A stretch of DNA of 64,000 nucleotides from a virus (Duplodnaviria; Caudoviricetes). Shown piece after piece: positions 32,527-41,987 of this stretch; the first letter of the stretch is position 1, and each line of letters begins with the position of its first letter. Under the pieces are notes generated by a model that had not been told where the DNA came from, ran no database searches, and saw only the letters and a program-made list of their open reading frames with translations. Made by a program: the position numbers and the translations under genes. The DNA is taken from positions 32,001 to 96,000 of the IMG/VR virus record IMGVR_UViG_2660238657_000001, one strand, 5' to 3'.

Positions 32527-33309
32527 TTATATAACTTTCTTATTCTTTTCTTTTAAATATGTATTAATTCTTTCTTGACATATATTAAAATATTTTTTAT
32601 CTTTTTCAAGCCCTATAAATTTTCTATTGGTTTCTAAACAAGCTACTGCAGTTGTACCTGATCCAATTGTAAAATCTAAAACCATATTATTTTCATTTGT
32701 ATAGGTTTTTACCAAATCTTTAATTAAATCAACTGGTTTTTCGGTTGGATGTATTGGTGGGTGAGGTCTTGGATATATCATTAACTGACGAGGATATTTT
32801 TTAGTATCTCCTCTTCTCTTTGCTGAAGGATTGTGACAACTATTGAATCCATTATAATTATTATTACTATGTAACCTTTCTCTAAACTTTATCCCCATTC
32901 CATGTAATGGCTTCCCTTCCCAAAATTGAGGATTATAAGTGCATTGTTTTTCATAGAAAATAGCTATTTCTTCTATATCTTTTAAAGGCATACGCTTAGC
33001 ATTTAAAAACCCACTTGGTCTATCTTTTTGCCAATATTTCATAATCTTAAAGTGTTTTAAATTACTACATATTAGACTACTAGTAAATGGTTGATTGGTT
33101 AATATTATAATAGGTGTAGTTTTATTTTTACGTACTTTATATAACTTATCCCACATTGTATCAAAGGGAATTACGCTATCCCATTTATTTTTTGTTATTC
33201 CTTGAGGTATATCAGTAATTATTGCATCTACTTTTATCCCTTGTTTTATCATTAAATCCATACCTTCTAAACAATCCATATTATAAATTGTATTTATTTC
33301 TATATTCAT
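32527..33309 (-). CDS. Beta-class N4/N6 DNA methyltransferase (orphan)
   Basis: DCLEGM, DIPQ (motif IV variant), HPTEKP, LDFTIGSGTT. Confidence 0.88.
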   Translation of the reverse strand: MNIEINTIYNMDCLEGMDLMIKQGIKVDAIITDIPQGITKNKWDSVIPFDTMWDKLYKVRKNKTTPIIILTNQPFTSSLICSNLKHFKIMKYWQKDRPSGFLNAKRMPLKDIEEIAIFYEKQCTYNPQFWEGKPLHGMGIKFRERLHSNNNYNGFNSCHNPSAKRRGDTKKYPRQLMIYPRPHPPIHPTEKPVDLIKDLVKTYTNENNMVLDFTIGSGTTAVACLETNRKFIGLEKDKKYFNICQERINTYLKEKNKKVI

Positions 33310-33408
33310 TTAACCCCCTCCTCTAATTTATTTGTTTTTTAATTTAATTTTAAATCCTATAAAATGAGTTTTTTATTACGTATATTTTCCAACTATTCTA
33401 CGTACTCT

Positions 33409-34101
33409 TTATTCTTCTATATCAAAAATACTAATATCAGTTTCTTTATATAGATTGTCTATATTTTTATTATATTCTTCCTGTTCTTCTGTGTTTAAGT
33501 GTCTCATATTTTTCAATACTGTATTTGTTTTATCATCAATACATTTCCTCTTATTTAATCTTAATTCTGTTAAAATGGAGTTGATTCCATTTTCTATTGT
33601 TATATCCATTATTGGATTACAAATAAAATTATAAGCCTTTTTAAACCTGTCTTTGCCAAGTCGCTCTATGCTTTTCTTAAACATTCCTCTAAAAAACAAG
33701 CTATCAATAATATGAACTGTATCAGGTATCATAACTATGACTTTTAAATTGTGTTGATTTTCTACAATCTTATCTATTCTGTCTAAGTCAAATATATTTC
33801 TTAATTTGATTCCATAATCTCTACCACATAGCACTTGTTTATTAATTATAACTTTTTCTAAATCTATGGATATTATGCAGATATCATCTCTTTTTACGTT
33901 TCTATTATTATCCACTACCTCCCTGTCATCTTTTTCTAGCCATTTTCTTATCTCTTTACAAGTACCATGATAATCTCTTCCTACTATCATCGCACCATGT
34001 AAAGTATCATCTACTCTAAATGGTGGTGTAATTCTTGTTTTTAATTCATCAATTAATTCAACTAAATTAAAACTATCATAATTTATATGTTGTCCTCTCA
34101 T
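33409..34101 (-). CDS. Hypothetical protein (DUF4325/STAS-like segment) with shared acidic C-terminal tail
   Basis: GRDYG...R, IP.....I.S.FF.GMF. Confidence 0.6.
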   Translation of the reverse strand: MRGQHINYDSFNLVELIDELKTRITPPFRVDDTLHGAMIVGRDYHGTCKEIRKWLEKDDREVVDNNRNVKRDDICIISIDLEKVIINKQVLCGRDYGIKLRNIFDLDRIDKIVENQHNLKVIVMIPDTVHIIDSLFFRGMFKKSIERLGKDRFKKAYNFICNPIMDITIENGINSILTELRLNKRKCIDDKTNTVLKNMRHLNTEEQEEYNKNIDNLYKETDISIFDIEE

Positions 34102-34122
34102 ATCTATTACCCCCTATATTAA

Positions 34123-34533
34123 TCAAAACCATTCTCCATATAACAATGTTTCTTTTTTAAAGTCTGTTGTTTCAAGACACTTTGTTAATTCTTCTATATG
34201 TTCGTCCAATTCTTCATATACGTTTTCATATTCAACGTTTTGTCTTGCCAATTTCATTGATTGTAATATAATTTGTATATCTTCTTTATCCAAAACTAAG
34301 TCTCTAGCATCTTCAAAATCGACTTGTTTATTCCCTATATTTCTTTGATCTATTAAATGAGCAATATCCCAACTAGATGTATATAACACTTGTGTCCAAA
34401 TGTCGCATCTCCATTTTTCAAATTGATTACAATCCTTATTTAATTCCTTCCACTTTTTATCTTTAATTTTTTCATATTCTAAATCATTGTTCACCTTGAA
34501 TTTAATTTTGAATAAAGTTGCATCTAATCCCAT
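34123..34533 (-). CDS. Hypothetical phage protein (MGLD... family)
   Basis: MGLD start and Y..W end. Confidence 0.7.
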   Translation of the reverse strand: MGLDATLFKIKFKVNNDLEYEKIKDKKWKELNKDCNQFEKWRCDIWTQVLYTSSWDIAHLIDQRNIGNKQVDFEDARDLVLDKEDIQIILQSMKLARQNVEYENVYEELDEHIEELTKCLETTDFKKETLLYGEWF

Positions 34534-34553
34534 TATTATCCCTCCTTCTATGT

Positions 34554-35060
34554 TTATTGTTCTATATCAAAAATACTGCTATCAGTTTCTTTATATAGAT
34601 TATCTATATTTTTATTATATTCTTCTTGTTCTTCAGGTGTTAAATATCTCATATATTCTAGTATCGCATTTATTGGGTTGTTAATATATTTTTTTAATAG
34701 TTCTAAAAATGCTAATTTGTCACGTAGTTTGGGGAACTCATTATGTATTGCATTTAATTTTTCTTGTGTTTCGCCATCTATTTCATAAAAAGTAAAATAA
34801 GGATCGTTACTCATTAAATATCTATCTCTATCTTCTATAGACTGTTGTATTTCTTGTATTTCTTCATCTAACCTATCATGAATATAACCTATTATATCTT
34901 CTTTTGATGCATCTATGTAATCTTCATTTTTATATAGCGTACTATAGCTCCTAAATACTTCACATGAATCACCTGATATACTATCAGAGACAAAATAAAG
35001 TTTGTTTTTTTCTAAGTCATGGTAATCATTTTCCCCTATATATTTTATTAATTTGTTCAT
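34554..35060 (-). CDS. Hypothetical protein with the shared acidic tail
   Basis: 168-aa ORF. Confidence 0.7.
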   Translation of the reverse strand: MNKLIKYIGENDYHDLEKNKLYFVSDSISGDSCEVFRSYSTLYKNEDYIDASKEDIIGYIHDRLDEEIQEIQQSIEDRDRYLMSNDPYFTFYEIDGETQEKLNAIHNEFPKLRDKLAFLELLKKYINNPINAILEYMRYLTPEEQEEYNKNIDNLYKETDSSIFDIEQ

Positions 35061-35130
35061 ATTTACTTACTTTCTCTCTCTGTTATGATTTATTTTTAAT
35101 TTAATGTCATAACCTCATAAAAGATATGTT

Positions 35131-35325
35131 TTATGCTTCTATCATTCTTTTTAAATCCCATATTACATCCCTATAAGTATTGATCCTAGTTTCTAAATAT
35201 TCATTACTCGACACACTTATAAGATTATCTTCTAGCATTTCTTTACAAGTCTTCATTTGTACTTTGTATGTAGCAATTAATTTTTCTATCTCTTTTGATT
35301 CTACTATCATATTTTCCTCCCACAA
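35131..35325 (-). CDS. Hypothetical protein
   Basis: ORF with GGAGG RBS before MIVESK. Confidence 0.6.
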   Translation of the reverse strand: MWEENMIVESKEIEKLIATYKVQMKTCKEMLEDNLISVSSNEYLETRINTYRDVIWDLKRMIEA

Positions 35326-35390
35326 TTACTATTATATTCCTATTAGCTTAAAATTGCAATACTTTTATTTTAATTAATTTGTATTTAATT

Positions 35391-35801
35391 TTATAAATCA
35401 TCAATCCTCCATAGTTTTCTCAAATAATCTCTATATTTAGTATCAACATTAAATTTATATCTCTCAAAACTTCCGATCCCCTTATTATTGCATATGTATA
35501 CTATCTCATTATTCTTAACTTTTATAGCCATATTGCCATACCTATAGACTTCCACACCTTCTCTATCATCAGGCATTTTAACACCTGATAAAGCATTACT
35601 ACTTAATTTCTTCATAACTTCTTTATATGTACAATTCTCATTTCCTTTAACATTATATATATAATATTTATAAACCCCATATCTCAAATTGTACCAAGTT
35701 TCTTTTTTATTGTATTTTGATTCTCCTCTATAATTTAATTCTCTTGCTAATTTACATTTTATCTTCCACTTAAAATTATCTAAATAATTTAATCCTATCA
35801 T
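35391..35801 (-). CDS. Hypothetical basic protein
   Basis: 136-aa ORF with RBS. Confidence 0.65.
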   Translation of the reverse strand: MIGLNYLDNFKWKIKCKLARELNYRGESKYNKKETWYNLRYGVYKYYIYNVKGNENCTYKEVMKKLSSNALSGVKMPDDREGVEVYRYGNMAIKVKNNEIVYICNNKGIGSFERYKFNVDTKYRDYLRKLWRIDDL

Positions 35802-35854
35802 AGCTAATCCTCCATATTTTTTAATTTAATACTTACATAAAACTTGAATTTTAT

Positions 35855-38800
35855 TTATATTTCACTTAACAATCCCTTAAATTTTTCATAGTTTACTTTT
35901 ACCCCATCATCTAAATCCATTTCTATTTGCATATCTGCCATATGATGTAAAACTTCATCATATTTCTTTAACTCATCTATTTGCTCATTAATAACTGTAA
36001 GCTTTTTCTTAGCATTATTCTTTTCCTTAGTGCCATAATCACCATGTATTATATTAGATAAGGATTCTCTTTTTATTTCAAGTTTGTTTTTAATGTTATG
36101 TAAATAATCTGTTCTTATTCTTGATAAAGTTGTTTCATCGTACCTATGTATGTAAATCAAACAGTTAAAAGCTTTTTCCCTTCCTGATGTAAACAGCCAA
36201 TATATGGGTCTATTTTCATAAATATCGACATGGTCTTTAAAGAAATCATCAAGAAAATATCTTCTTATAGTATCTTTTGTTATTTCATTGCTCTTCTTAC
36301 CAAGTGTTTCAGCTATAAAATTAAGATTTTCCGATAAATTTTCTTCCCCAAAGGTAATTTTTACAAATTCTACGAATTTAGATACTATATCATCTTCAAA
36401 ATAACTATCTGAAAGTATTGGTATTATATTATCCTCATCGACTTTAAATATTTTATATTTTGAAGAATCAAACTCTCCTCCAGCATATATAAGCCCTTCT
36501 TGGTCTAATGAATATCTACCAAGCATACAACCTACTGCATATGATATAAATGATTTAATATCTCTTTCTCTGTCAGCCTTTCTTATAGTTACACTCCTTT
36601 CTTCAATTTCTGAAGCCATTTCATCTTGAAGATTGTATATATTTATAAATATTCTATTCAATTCTTCTTCATTAGTTTTTAATTGATTAAATTGTTTATT
36701 TGTAAACTCGCTCCATTTATTAAATGATTCCTCTATACTATTTTCTTTAAATTCTAGTAATGGATGAAGTTTAAAATCCCATGAAGTTTCGAAAAAGTCC
36801 CAATCGGTTTTTGCTATATCAATATTTTGTTTTACCAAATAATCTATTTTTTTATTTATATTTGATGAATTAGACGTAATAACAGGGAAACGTTTTATAT
36901 TACCTGATGTTAAATTCATGGTTGGTGCAATTATTTTATAAAGATATTTTCCTACTTCGCTATTGAAATACCCTAAAAAATAATAAAGCTTGTCTTGATC
37001 TTTTACAAACAATGAATCTCCAGATTGATCGAATAAAAATCCATTAGGTAAATATCTTAATACTATTTCTGTACCGATGCGTTTCCATGTTAATCCTTCT
37101 TTAAAGTGAAAGTTTTCATTACTTATTATGGAACTTTTGTGGTTTCTGATTTCTTGCCCGTCATTTTCCCAATTCACTAATTTAAGGTAATTTCCATACC
37201 ACTTTCTTAGTTTACCACCTCCATTGTATCTATACCATTTGCAATTATTTGTATTAATAATATTAGTTTTATTTATATTAACTTCATACCAACAACGTAT
37301 AAACATTCTATTATCCCCTGTTTGTATTCCAGTACAAGAATTTACATAATCTTCAGCTTTATTTTCTTTAAAAAGTTTTAAAATTTTTTCACTCGCCCAG
37401 TATCCCGACATAAAATAATTGGGTAGCAAACCAAACATACTACTTTTACATTTGTATCTATAATTTGCTTTGGGGTTGTTAATCGCCTCTAGAGTTTTAA
37501 TTGATTGGTTACTGTATTTTTTAAACTTAGATAATTTAATATACTCGCCAAATAAATCAATATTGTAGTTTCTTAATGTAAATGTGCATACCGGAACACA
37601 TGCTTCAGGAAATGCGTTGTATTCAAGTTCTATAAATGAACTTATATTTTTATTAGATATTATATGTTTTCTAACATTTTTATGAGAAGGTAATATTGTC
37701 CAAACAAAAGGTACAACAAATCCCAAATGACCATTTCTTTTTACTTTTTGTATACAATAATCAATAAACATTGTAAATAAATCCGATTTTGTTTTATCAT
37801 AGTTCTCCTTTGCAAAGTTAAATAAAGTTGAATTCATATATTTGCTTTTTAAATAAGGTGGGTTTGTGACTAAAATATCATATGTATTCATCATTATATT
37901 TGTTTGTTTTAATAAATCTTTTAATAGCCCAGCTATTCTTTTATGCCTTAAACCTTCTTCAACTATTGTTTTTTTTATAAAATTATTTGATATATAATCA
38001 CATCTTTTTTCAAAAAACTTTTTATCAAACTCTTCTACATTTGTAAGTGAACCATATATCTTAGCATCTCTAAACTGCTCAATAAAGGCTTTTACTTTAT
38101 TATAATTTTCTCCTGAAGACTCCCCCGCTATGTACTCTATATCCATGTCATCTAAATTATTAGTTTCTTGTATGGGTGCTATGTTGATTCTTATTTCTTC
38201 TTTTGCTATACTTCTAAGAAATCTATTATTATACTTCATCCCCTTCATAACAACAGCAAAACAAGCAAGTTGGTAAGCTCTATTGTCTATATCAAGTCCA
38301 TAAAGATTGTTTTCTATAATAAGTCTTGGTATTTCTCTCTTCATATACCCACATCTTTTATATATTTGATACAATACATCAAACATATAAACTAATATAT
38401 GACCTGAACCACAAGCAGGGTCAAAACATTTAATATCCTCTACCTTTAGTTCCTTATTTATATATGGAGCTAACTTTTCTTTAAAATCTGGATCTGAATT
38501 GGGATTTTCAAGATAAAATTCCCATCCTTTTTTTAATTGATTATGCTCTGGATGAGATTCCACCCAATACCTCCCCAATGAGTTTTGAACCATATATCTA
38601 ATTATCCAATCAGGTGTAAATAACTGAGTAGCAAATGGAATTTCTTCTTTTGTGTATTTCTTTTTAGCCTTTATAACATTCTCTTTTGCCTCTGAATTAT
38701 AATACTGATACAGCCACCCTATAATACAAGGATCTTCCCATTCTTTTTGAATATCGTCTGTAATTTTTAAATTTAACAATTTGTCTACCATACTATATCT

Positions 38801-39043
38801 AAATGTATTTTCTTCATCTTTTATATAAGTAAAAACTATATTATCAAAAAAATTTTTTATCATGTTTATATCAACATTATCTTTAAAATTATGTTCGATG
38901 TATTTAATCATATTATATTTACTAAACCAAATATATTCTAATTTATTTATTTCTTTATTTGATAAGCCATTACAATTGCTTATCAAATAATTATGCAATG
39001 TTTTTTTGCTTATTTTGGCATATTGTTTGATTTTTTTGTTCAT
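35855..39043 (-). CDS. pglX: BREX-1 adenine methyltransferase PglX/BrxX homolog (orphan)
   Basis: IGWLYQYYNSE, IP.ATQLFTPDWI.RYMVQNSLG, DPACGSGH, VTNPPY, RPIYWLF.SG, DLDDGVKVNY. Confidence 0.92.
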   Translation of the reverse strand: MNKKIKQYAKISKKTLHNYLISNCNGLSNKEINKLEYIWFSKYNMIKYIEHNFKDNVDINMIKNFFDNIVFTYIKDEENTFRYSMVDKLLNLKITDDIQKEWEDPCIIGWLYQYYNSEAKENVIKAKKKYTKEEIPFATQLFTPDWIIRYMVQNSLGRYWVESHPEHNQLKKGWEFYLENPNSDPDFKEKLAPYINKELKVEDIKCFDPACGSGHILVYMFDVLYQIYKRCGYMKREIPRLIIENNLYGLDIDNRAYQLACFAVVMKGMKYNNRFLRSIAKEEIRINIAPIQETNNLDDMDIEYIAGESSGENYNKVKAFIEQFRDAKIYGSLTNVEEFDKKFFEKRCDYISNNFIKKTIVEEGLRHKRIAGLLKDLLKQTNIMMNTYDILVTNPPYLKSKYMNSTLFNFAKENYDKTKSDLFTMFIDYCIQKVKRNGHLGFVVPFVWTILPSHKNVRKHIISNKNISSFIELEYNAFPEACVPVCTFTLRNYNIDLFGEYIKLSKFKKYSNQSIKTLEAINNPKANYRYKCKSSMFGLLPNYFMSGYWASEKILKLFKENKAEDYVNSCTGIQTGDNRMFIRCWYEVNINKTNIINTNNCKWYRYNGGGKLRKWYGNYLKLVNWENDGQEIRNHKSSIISNENFHFKEGLTWKRIGTEIVLRYLPNGFLFDQSGDSLFVKDQDKLYYFLGYFNSEVGKYLYKIIAPTMNLTSGNIKRFPVITSNSSNINKKIDYLVKQNIDIAKTDWDFFETSWDFKLHPLLEFKENSIEESFNKWSEFTNKQFNQLKTNEEELNRIFINIYNLQDEMASEIEERSVTIRKADRERDIKSFISYAVGCMLGRYSLDQEGLIYAGGEFDSSKYKIFKVDEDNIIPILSDSYFEDDIVSKFVEFVKITFGEENLSENLNFIAETLGKKSNEITKDTIRRYFLDDFFKDHVDIYENRPIYWLFTSGREKAFNCLIYIHRYDETTLSRIRTDYLHNIKNKLEIKRESLSNIIHGDYGTKEKNNAKKKLTVINEQIDELKKYDEVLHHMADMQIEMDLDDGVKVNYEKFKGLLSEI

Positions 39044-39093
39044 TTTTCTCTCCTTTATTGTTATATTTTAATTAATTTTATTTAATACAGAAA

Positions 39094-40368
39094 TTAATAA
39101 TAACTTGGTTCAGTTTTATCGATTCTTATTCCTTTAAATACAGGGAATCTTAAAGATATACCACCATTTTGATTTTGTGTTTCTTCAAAATATTGCACCT
39201 CGACTATCTTTCCTAGTAAATCATTTTGATTATTCCATATATATTCTCTGTCTTGATCTGAAAATCCTGATCCAACACCGACTTGATTACCTTTGTAATC
39301 TACTAATATTTTCCCTAATGTATTAGATAACTTTCCTTCACCTTTTTCAAAACCAATTATTTTTAAATCTGCTGATTGCATAATTTTTACTTTTAATAAA
39401 TTCTTACTTCTTTTACATTCATAGGGTGCGTTACTCAAATTAACCATAACACCTTCCTTATCTTTACTTCTGGCTTCGTCTAATAATCTAATAATTTCAT
39501 TTTTATCTGTACCAATATATAACATAGGTACTTCTATTATATGCTCCAAGTTTAAATTGCTTAATAGGTCATGTAGTTGATTTTTCCTTTCTATACAAGG
39601 AGTTTTACATTTTCCATTTATAAAATCATTAATTGGGATTATATCAAAGCAATTAAATATTAAATTCTTTTTAATTCCATCTTTACGAGTTTCTTTCATG
39701 GTAGCTCTGTATAAATCTTTACTAGCCAACTTTTTATCATTTCTTAACAATAATTCTCCATCATAAACCATATTATCAGGCAATGACTTAACTTCCTCCT
39801 GTATTTCTACCATATCTTCAATTGGCTGTCCTTGTCTTGTAAAGAATTTAACATTTCCATTCTCTTTTATTATTACTGCACGTCCACCATCTAATTTTGT
39901 TGTAACAATAAATTCGCCATTGATCCTATTCTGATTGGTAAAATATTTATCTGCTAACATTACATTGAATTCTGGTATAAATCCTTTTCCATATACTTTA
40001 TTTAATGTTTTTGCAGTTACACCTATTTTTAAAGATTTAGTTGCTATTTGTTTCAGTACATCTCTCAATTGTTCATCTTGGTCGTTAATAAATCCAATAA
40101 TGCTTTTAATATCCATATCTCTACCTGTATTATTAACTTTTAAATATTCCATCATTTCTTTTATGTTTGTTATGCTACTGTTTGAATTTATATCTTTGAA
40201 TTTATTATATTTCTTACTACTAATTCCTGTTACTATATATGGATTAAATATAAATTGAAATATATTTGATAATAATTCGTTTTCCTTATTATTATTTAAT
40301 ATAGTTTCCTTTTCATTTCTGCTAGATGTACTAGCTATTTGAGTAACAATTTCATAGATTTTTTTCAT
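39094..40368 (-). CDS. lig: ATP-dependent DNA ligase
   Basis: KLDG, YDGE, FD, EGVM, Y..KRS..LLKVK, GSGF, LRFPVF. Confidence 0.95.
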   Translation of the reverse strand: MKKIYEIVTQIASTSSRNEKETILNNNKENELLSNIFQFIFNPYIVTGISSKKYNKFKDINSNSSITNIKEMMEYLKVNNTGRDMDIKSIIGFINDQDEQLRDVLKQIATKSLKIGVTAKTLNKVYGKGFIPEFNVMLADKYFTNQNRINGEFIVTTKLDGGRAVIIKENGNVKFFTRQGQPIEDMVEIQEEVKSLPDNMVYDGELLLRNDKKLASKDLYRATMKETRKDGIKKNLIFNCFDIIPINDFINGKCKTPCIERKNQLHDLLSNLNLEHIIEVPMLYIGTDKNEIIRLLDEARSKDKEGVMVNLSNAPYECKRSKNLLKVKIMQSADLKIIGFEKGEGKLSNTLGKILVDYKGNQVGVGSGFSDQDREYIWNNQNDLLGKIVEVQYFEETQNQNGGISLRFPVFKGIRIDKTEPSYY

Positions 40369-40427
40369 ATATTAACACCCTCTCTGATTTTAATTTATTT
40401 ATATAATTATATAATATTTTAGCACAA

Positions 40428-40811
40428 TTAACAAACATTTCTATTAGGCTTTGATATCAATGTTAAAATATTATGTGTATAACCCTTTTCATATTCTTTG
40501 TAAATATCCTTGATTGTCCAATTGTTGAGTTGCATTATATGTAGTATTCTATTTACAGTTAAATTTGTTTTATGTATTAAATCCAATATCTCAAAATTGC
40601 ATTTTAATTTGTCCATATCTTTATTATTGAAATTTTCTTCAAATTCTCTTAACTGTAATTCGTTTTCTAATTTTCTCTTTCTTAATACTATATTTCTATA
40701 ATCAGATAATGTCGTACTTGTACCATTCAATTTATTATTCATTATTTCGAATTCTATTTCTCTTTTTTCAACTCCATTTATTATTAATTCTTTACTTAAT
40801 ATTTTTCCCAT
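40428..40811 (-). CDS. Hypothetical protein
   Basis: 127-aa ORF with GGAGG RBS. Confidence 0.65.
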   Translation of the reverse strand: MGKILSKELIINGVEKREIEFEIMNNKLNGTSTTLSDYRNIVLRKRKLENELQLREFEENFNNKDMDKLKCNFEILDLIHKTNLTVNRILHIMQLNNWTIKDIYKEYEKGYTHNILTLISKPNRNVC

Positions 40812-40856
40812 GCTAAAACCTCCAATATTTTAACTTACTTTTATAAACTGTTTTTT

Positions 40857-40890
40857 AATATGGGTTAAATGAACATATTTAACCCATATT
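40857..40890. terminator. Hairpin, probable terminator
   Basis: AATATGGGTTAAAT/ATTTAACCCATATT inverted repeat. Confidence 0.6.
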
Positions 40891-40892
40891 GA

Positions 40893-41987
40893 TTATTCAG
40901 ATTTTTCTTTTTTAATAGTATCCCACAATCTTCTTAGTGAATGATATGTTCTCTTATTGCGAGATGCTATTACATCTTTAAAGTCCTGTACAACTAGCTT
41001 GCCTTTTTGTGCTTCTAATTTCTCTAATTCTTCTATCATACCGCTTTGTTCTAGTGTTGTTGTGTTTAGTTTTTTAACAAAGTATAAGTTTTCATCATCC
41101 ACAAAATAGTCTGTAGCATAATAAATTCTATTTATAATTGTAGACATTGAGACTGGTGTATTTTCCTCTTCTTCATCGCTCTTTAATTTACGTGAAGATT
41201 TTCTTACTACATAGTCATTTTGCACTACATAATGGGGTGCAGGATTTTTACCAATCTTGCCTGTTTTAATAGCCATATCTTTTTTTGGATCAGTAAACAG
41301 CTTACTTTCTGGCATAATCATCACAGTTTCTTCAATAGCATCTTTTATATATTCCATAGTTCTTGGATGTACATTAGTTAATATTCTCTCAGGCTTATGA
41401 ATGATTTCACCTGTACGTGGATTAATTTCATCATACGCACGTATTGTAATACTATTGTTGTCAAAATCTACATCTTCAACTTTTAAGTTTCTCATTTCAC
41501 ATTTTTCTTTCCCAACTATACCTTCAAAGAATAATATGAAGATTACTGCTATCTGAGAACTTTCCATAATGTCACAAATATTATATAGCTGTTCTCTAGT
41601 GATATATTTATATTTATCTAAATTTCTTACTACATAATCTTTCAAATTAGCAATAGTGTCGCAGAAATTTATTGCATTAGATCTAATACCCATACTAATA
41701 CAAAAATCAATATACTTTTTAATATGAGTGAGCCTTACTGCTAAACTTCCTTCTGAAGTTGCCTTAAATGACTTTAATAAACTTTCTATTTCATACTTAT
41801 TAAAATTATAGATATCCTTATCTAAATCTTTTTCCATGTAAAAATTAGCTAAATAGAAAGTCCCCTTTATACTTTCTTTAGTTCTTTCGTTATCATAGTA
41901 GTAGTCTATGAATCGATTTTTTACATCTTCATTGTACATTTCTTCTGTAACAACGAATCTTCTTTTATATTGTTTTACATTAGCCAT
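40893..41987 (-). CDS. Tyrosine-recombinase-fold protein with degenerate catalytic motifs (SPbeta YopR/MrpR-like repressor candidate)
   Basis: E....KDIYNFN..EI, LFFEGI....EMRNLKVEDVD, TTLEQSG in place of HxLRHS; directly follows the DGQHR gene. Confidence 0.7.
   Translation of the reverse strand: MANVKQYKRRFVVTEEMYNEDVKNRFIDYYYDNERTKESIKGTFYLANFYMEKDLDKDIYNFNKYEIESLLKSFKATSEGSLAVRLTHIKKYIDFCISMGIRSNAINFCDTIANLKDYVVRNLDKYKYITREQLYNICDIMESSQIAVIFILFFEGIVGKEKCEMRNLKVEDVDFDNNSITIRAYDEINPRTGEIIHKPERILTNVHPRTMEYIKDAIEETVMIMPESKLFTDPKKDMAIKTGKIGKNPAPHYVVQNDYVVRKSSRKLKSDEEEENTPVSMSTIINRIYYATDYFVDDENLYFVKKLNTTTLEQSGMIEELEKLEAQKGKLVVQDFKDVIASRNKRTYHSLRRLWDTIKKEKSE

Larger units (their letters stand above)
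33409..34655 (-). repeat. About 100-bp imperfect direct repeat (33409-33510 and 34554-34655) forming the 3' ends of two genes
   Basis: Both encode MR.L..EEQEEYNKNIDNLYKETD.SIFDIE.*. Confidence 0.9.

Noticed and set aside
35348-35368. TTAAAA...TTTTAT as another cassette site
   Set aside because: Spacer is 9 bp, not 6; the two-mismatch candidate at 4629-4646 was likewise not counted
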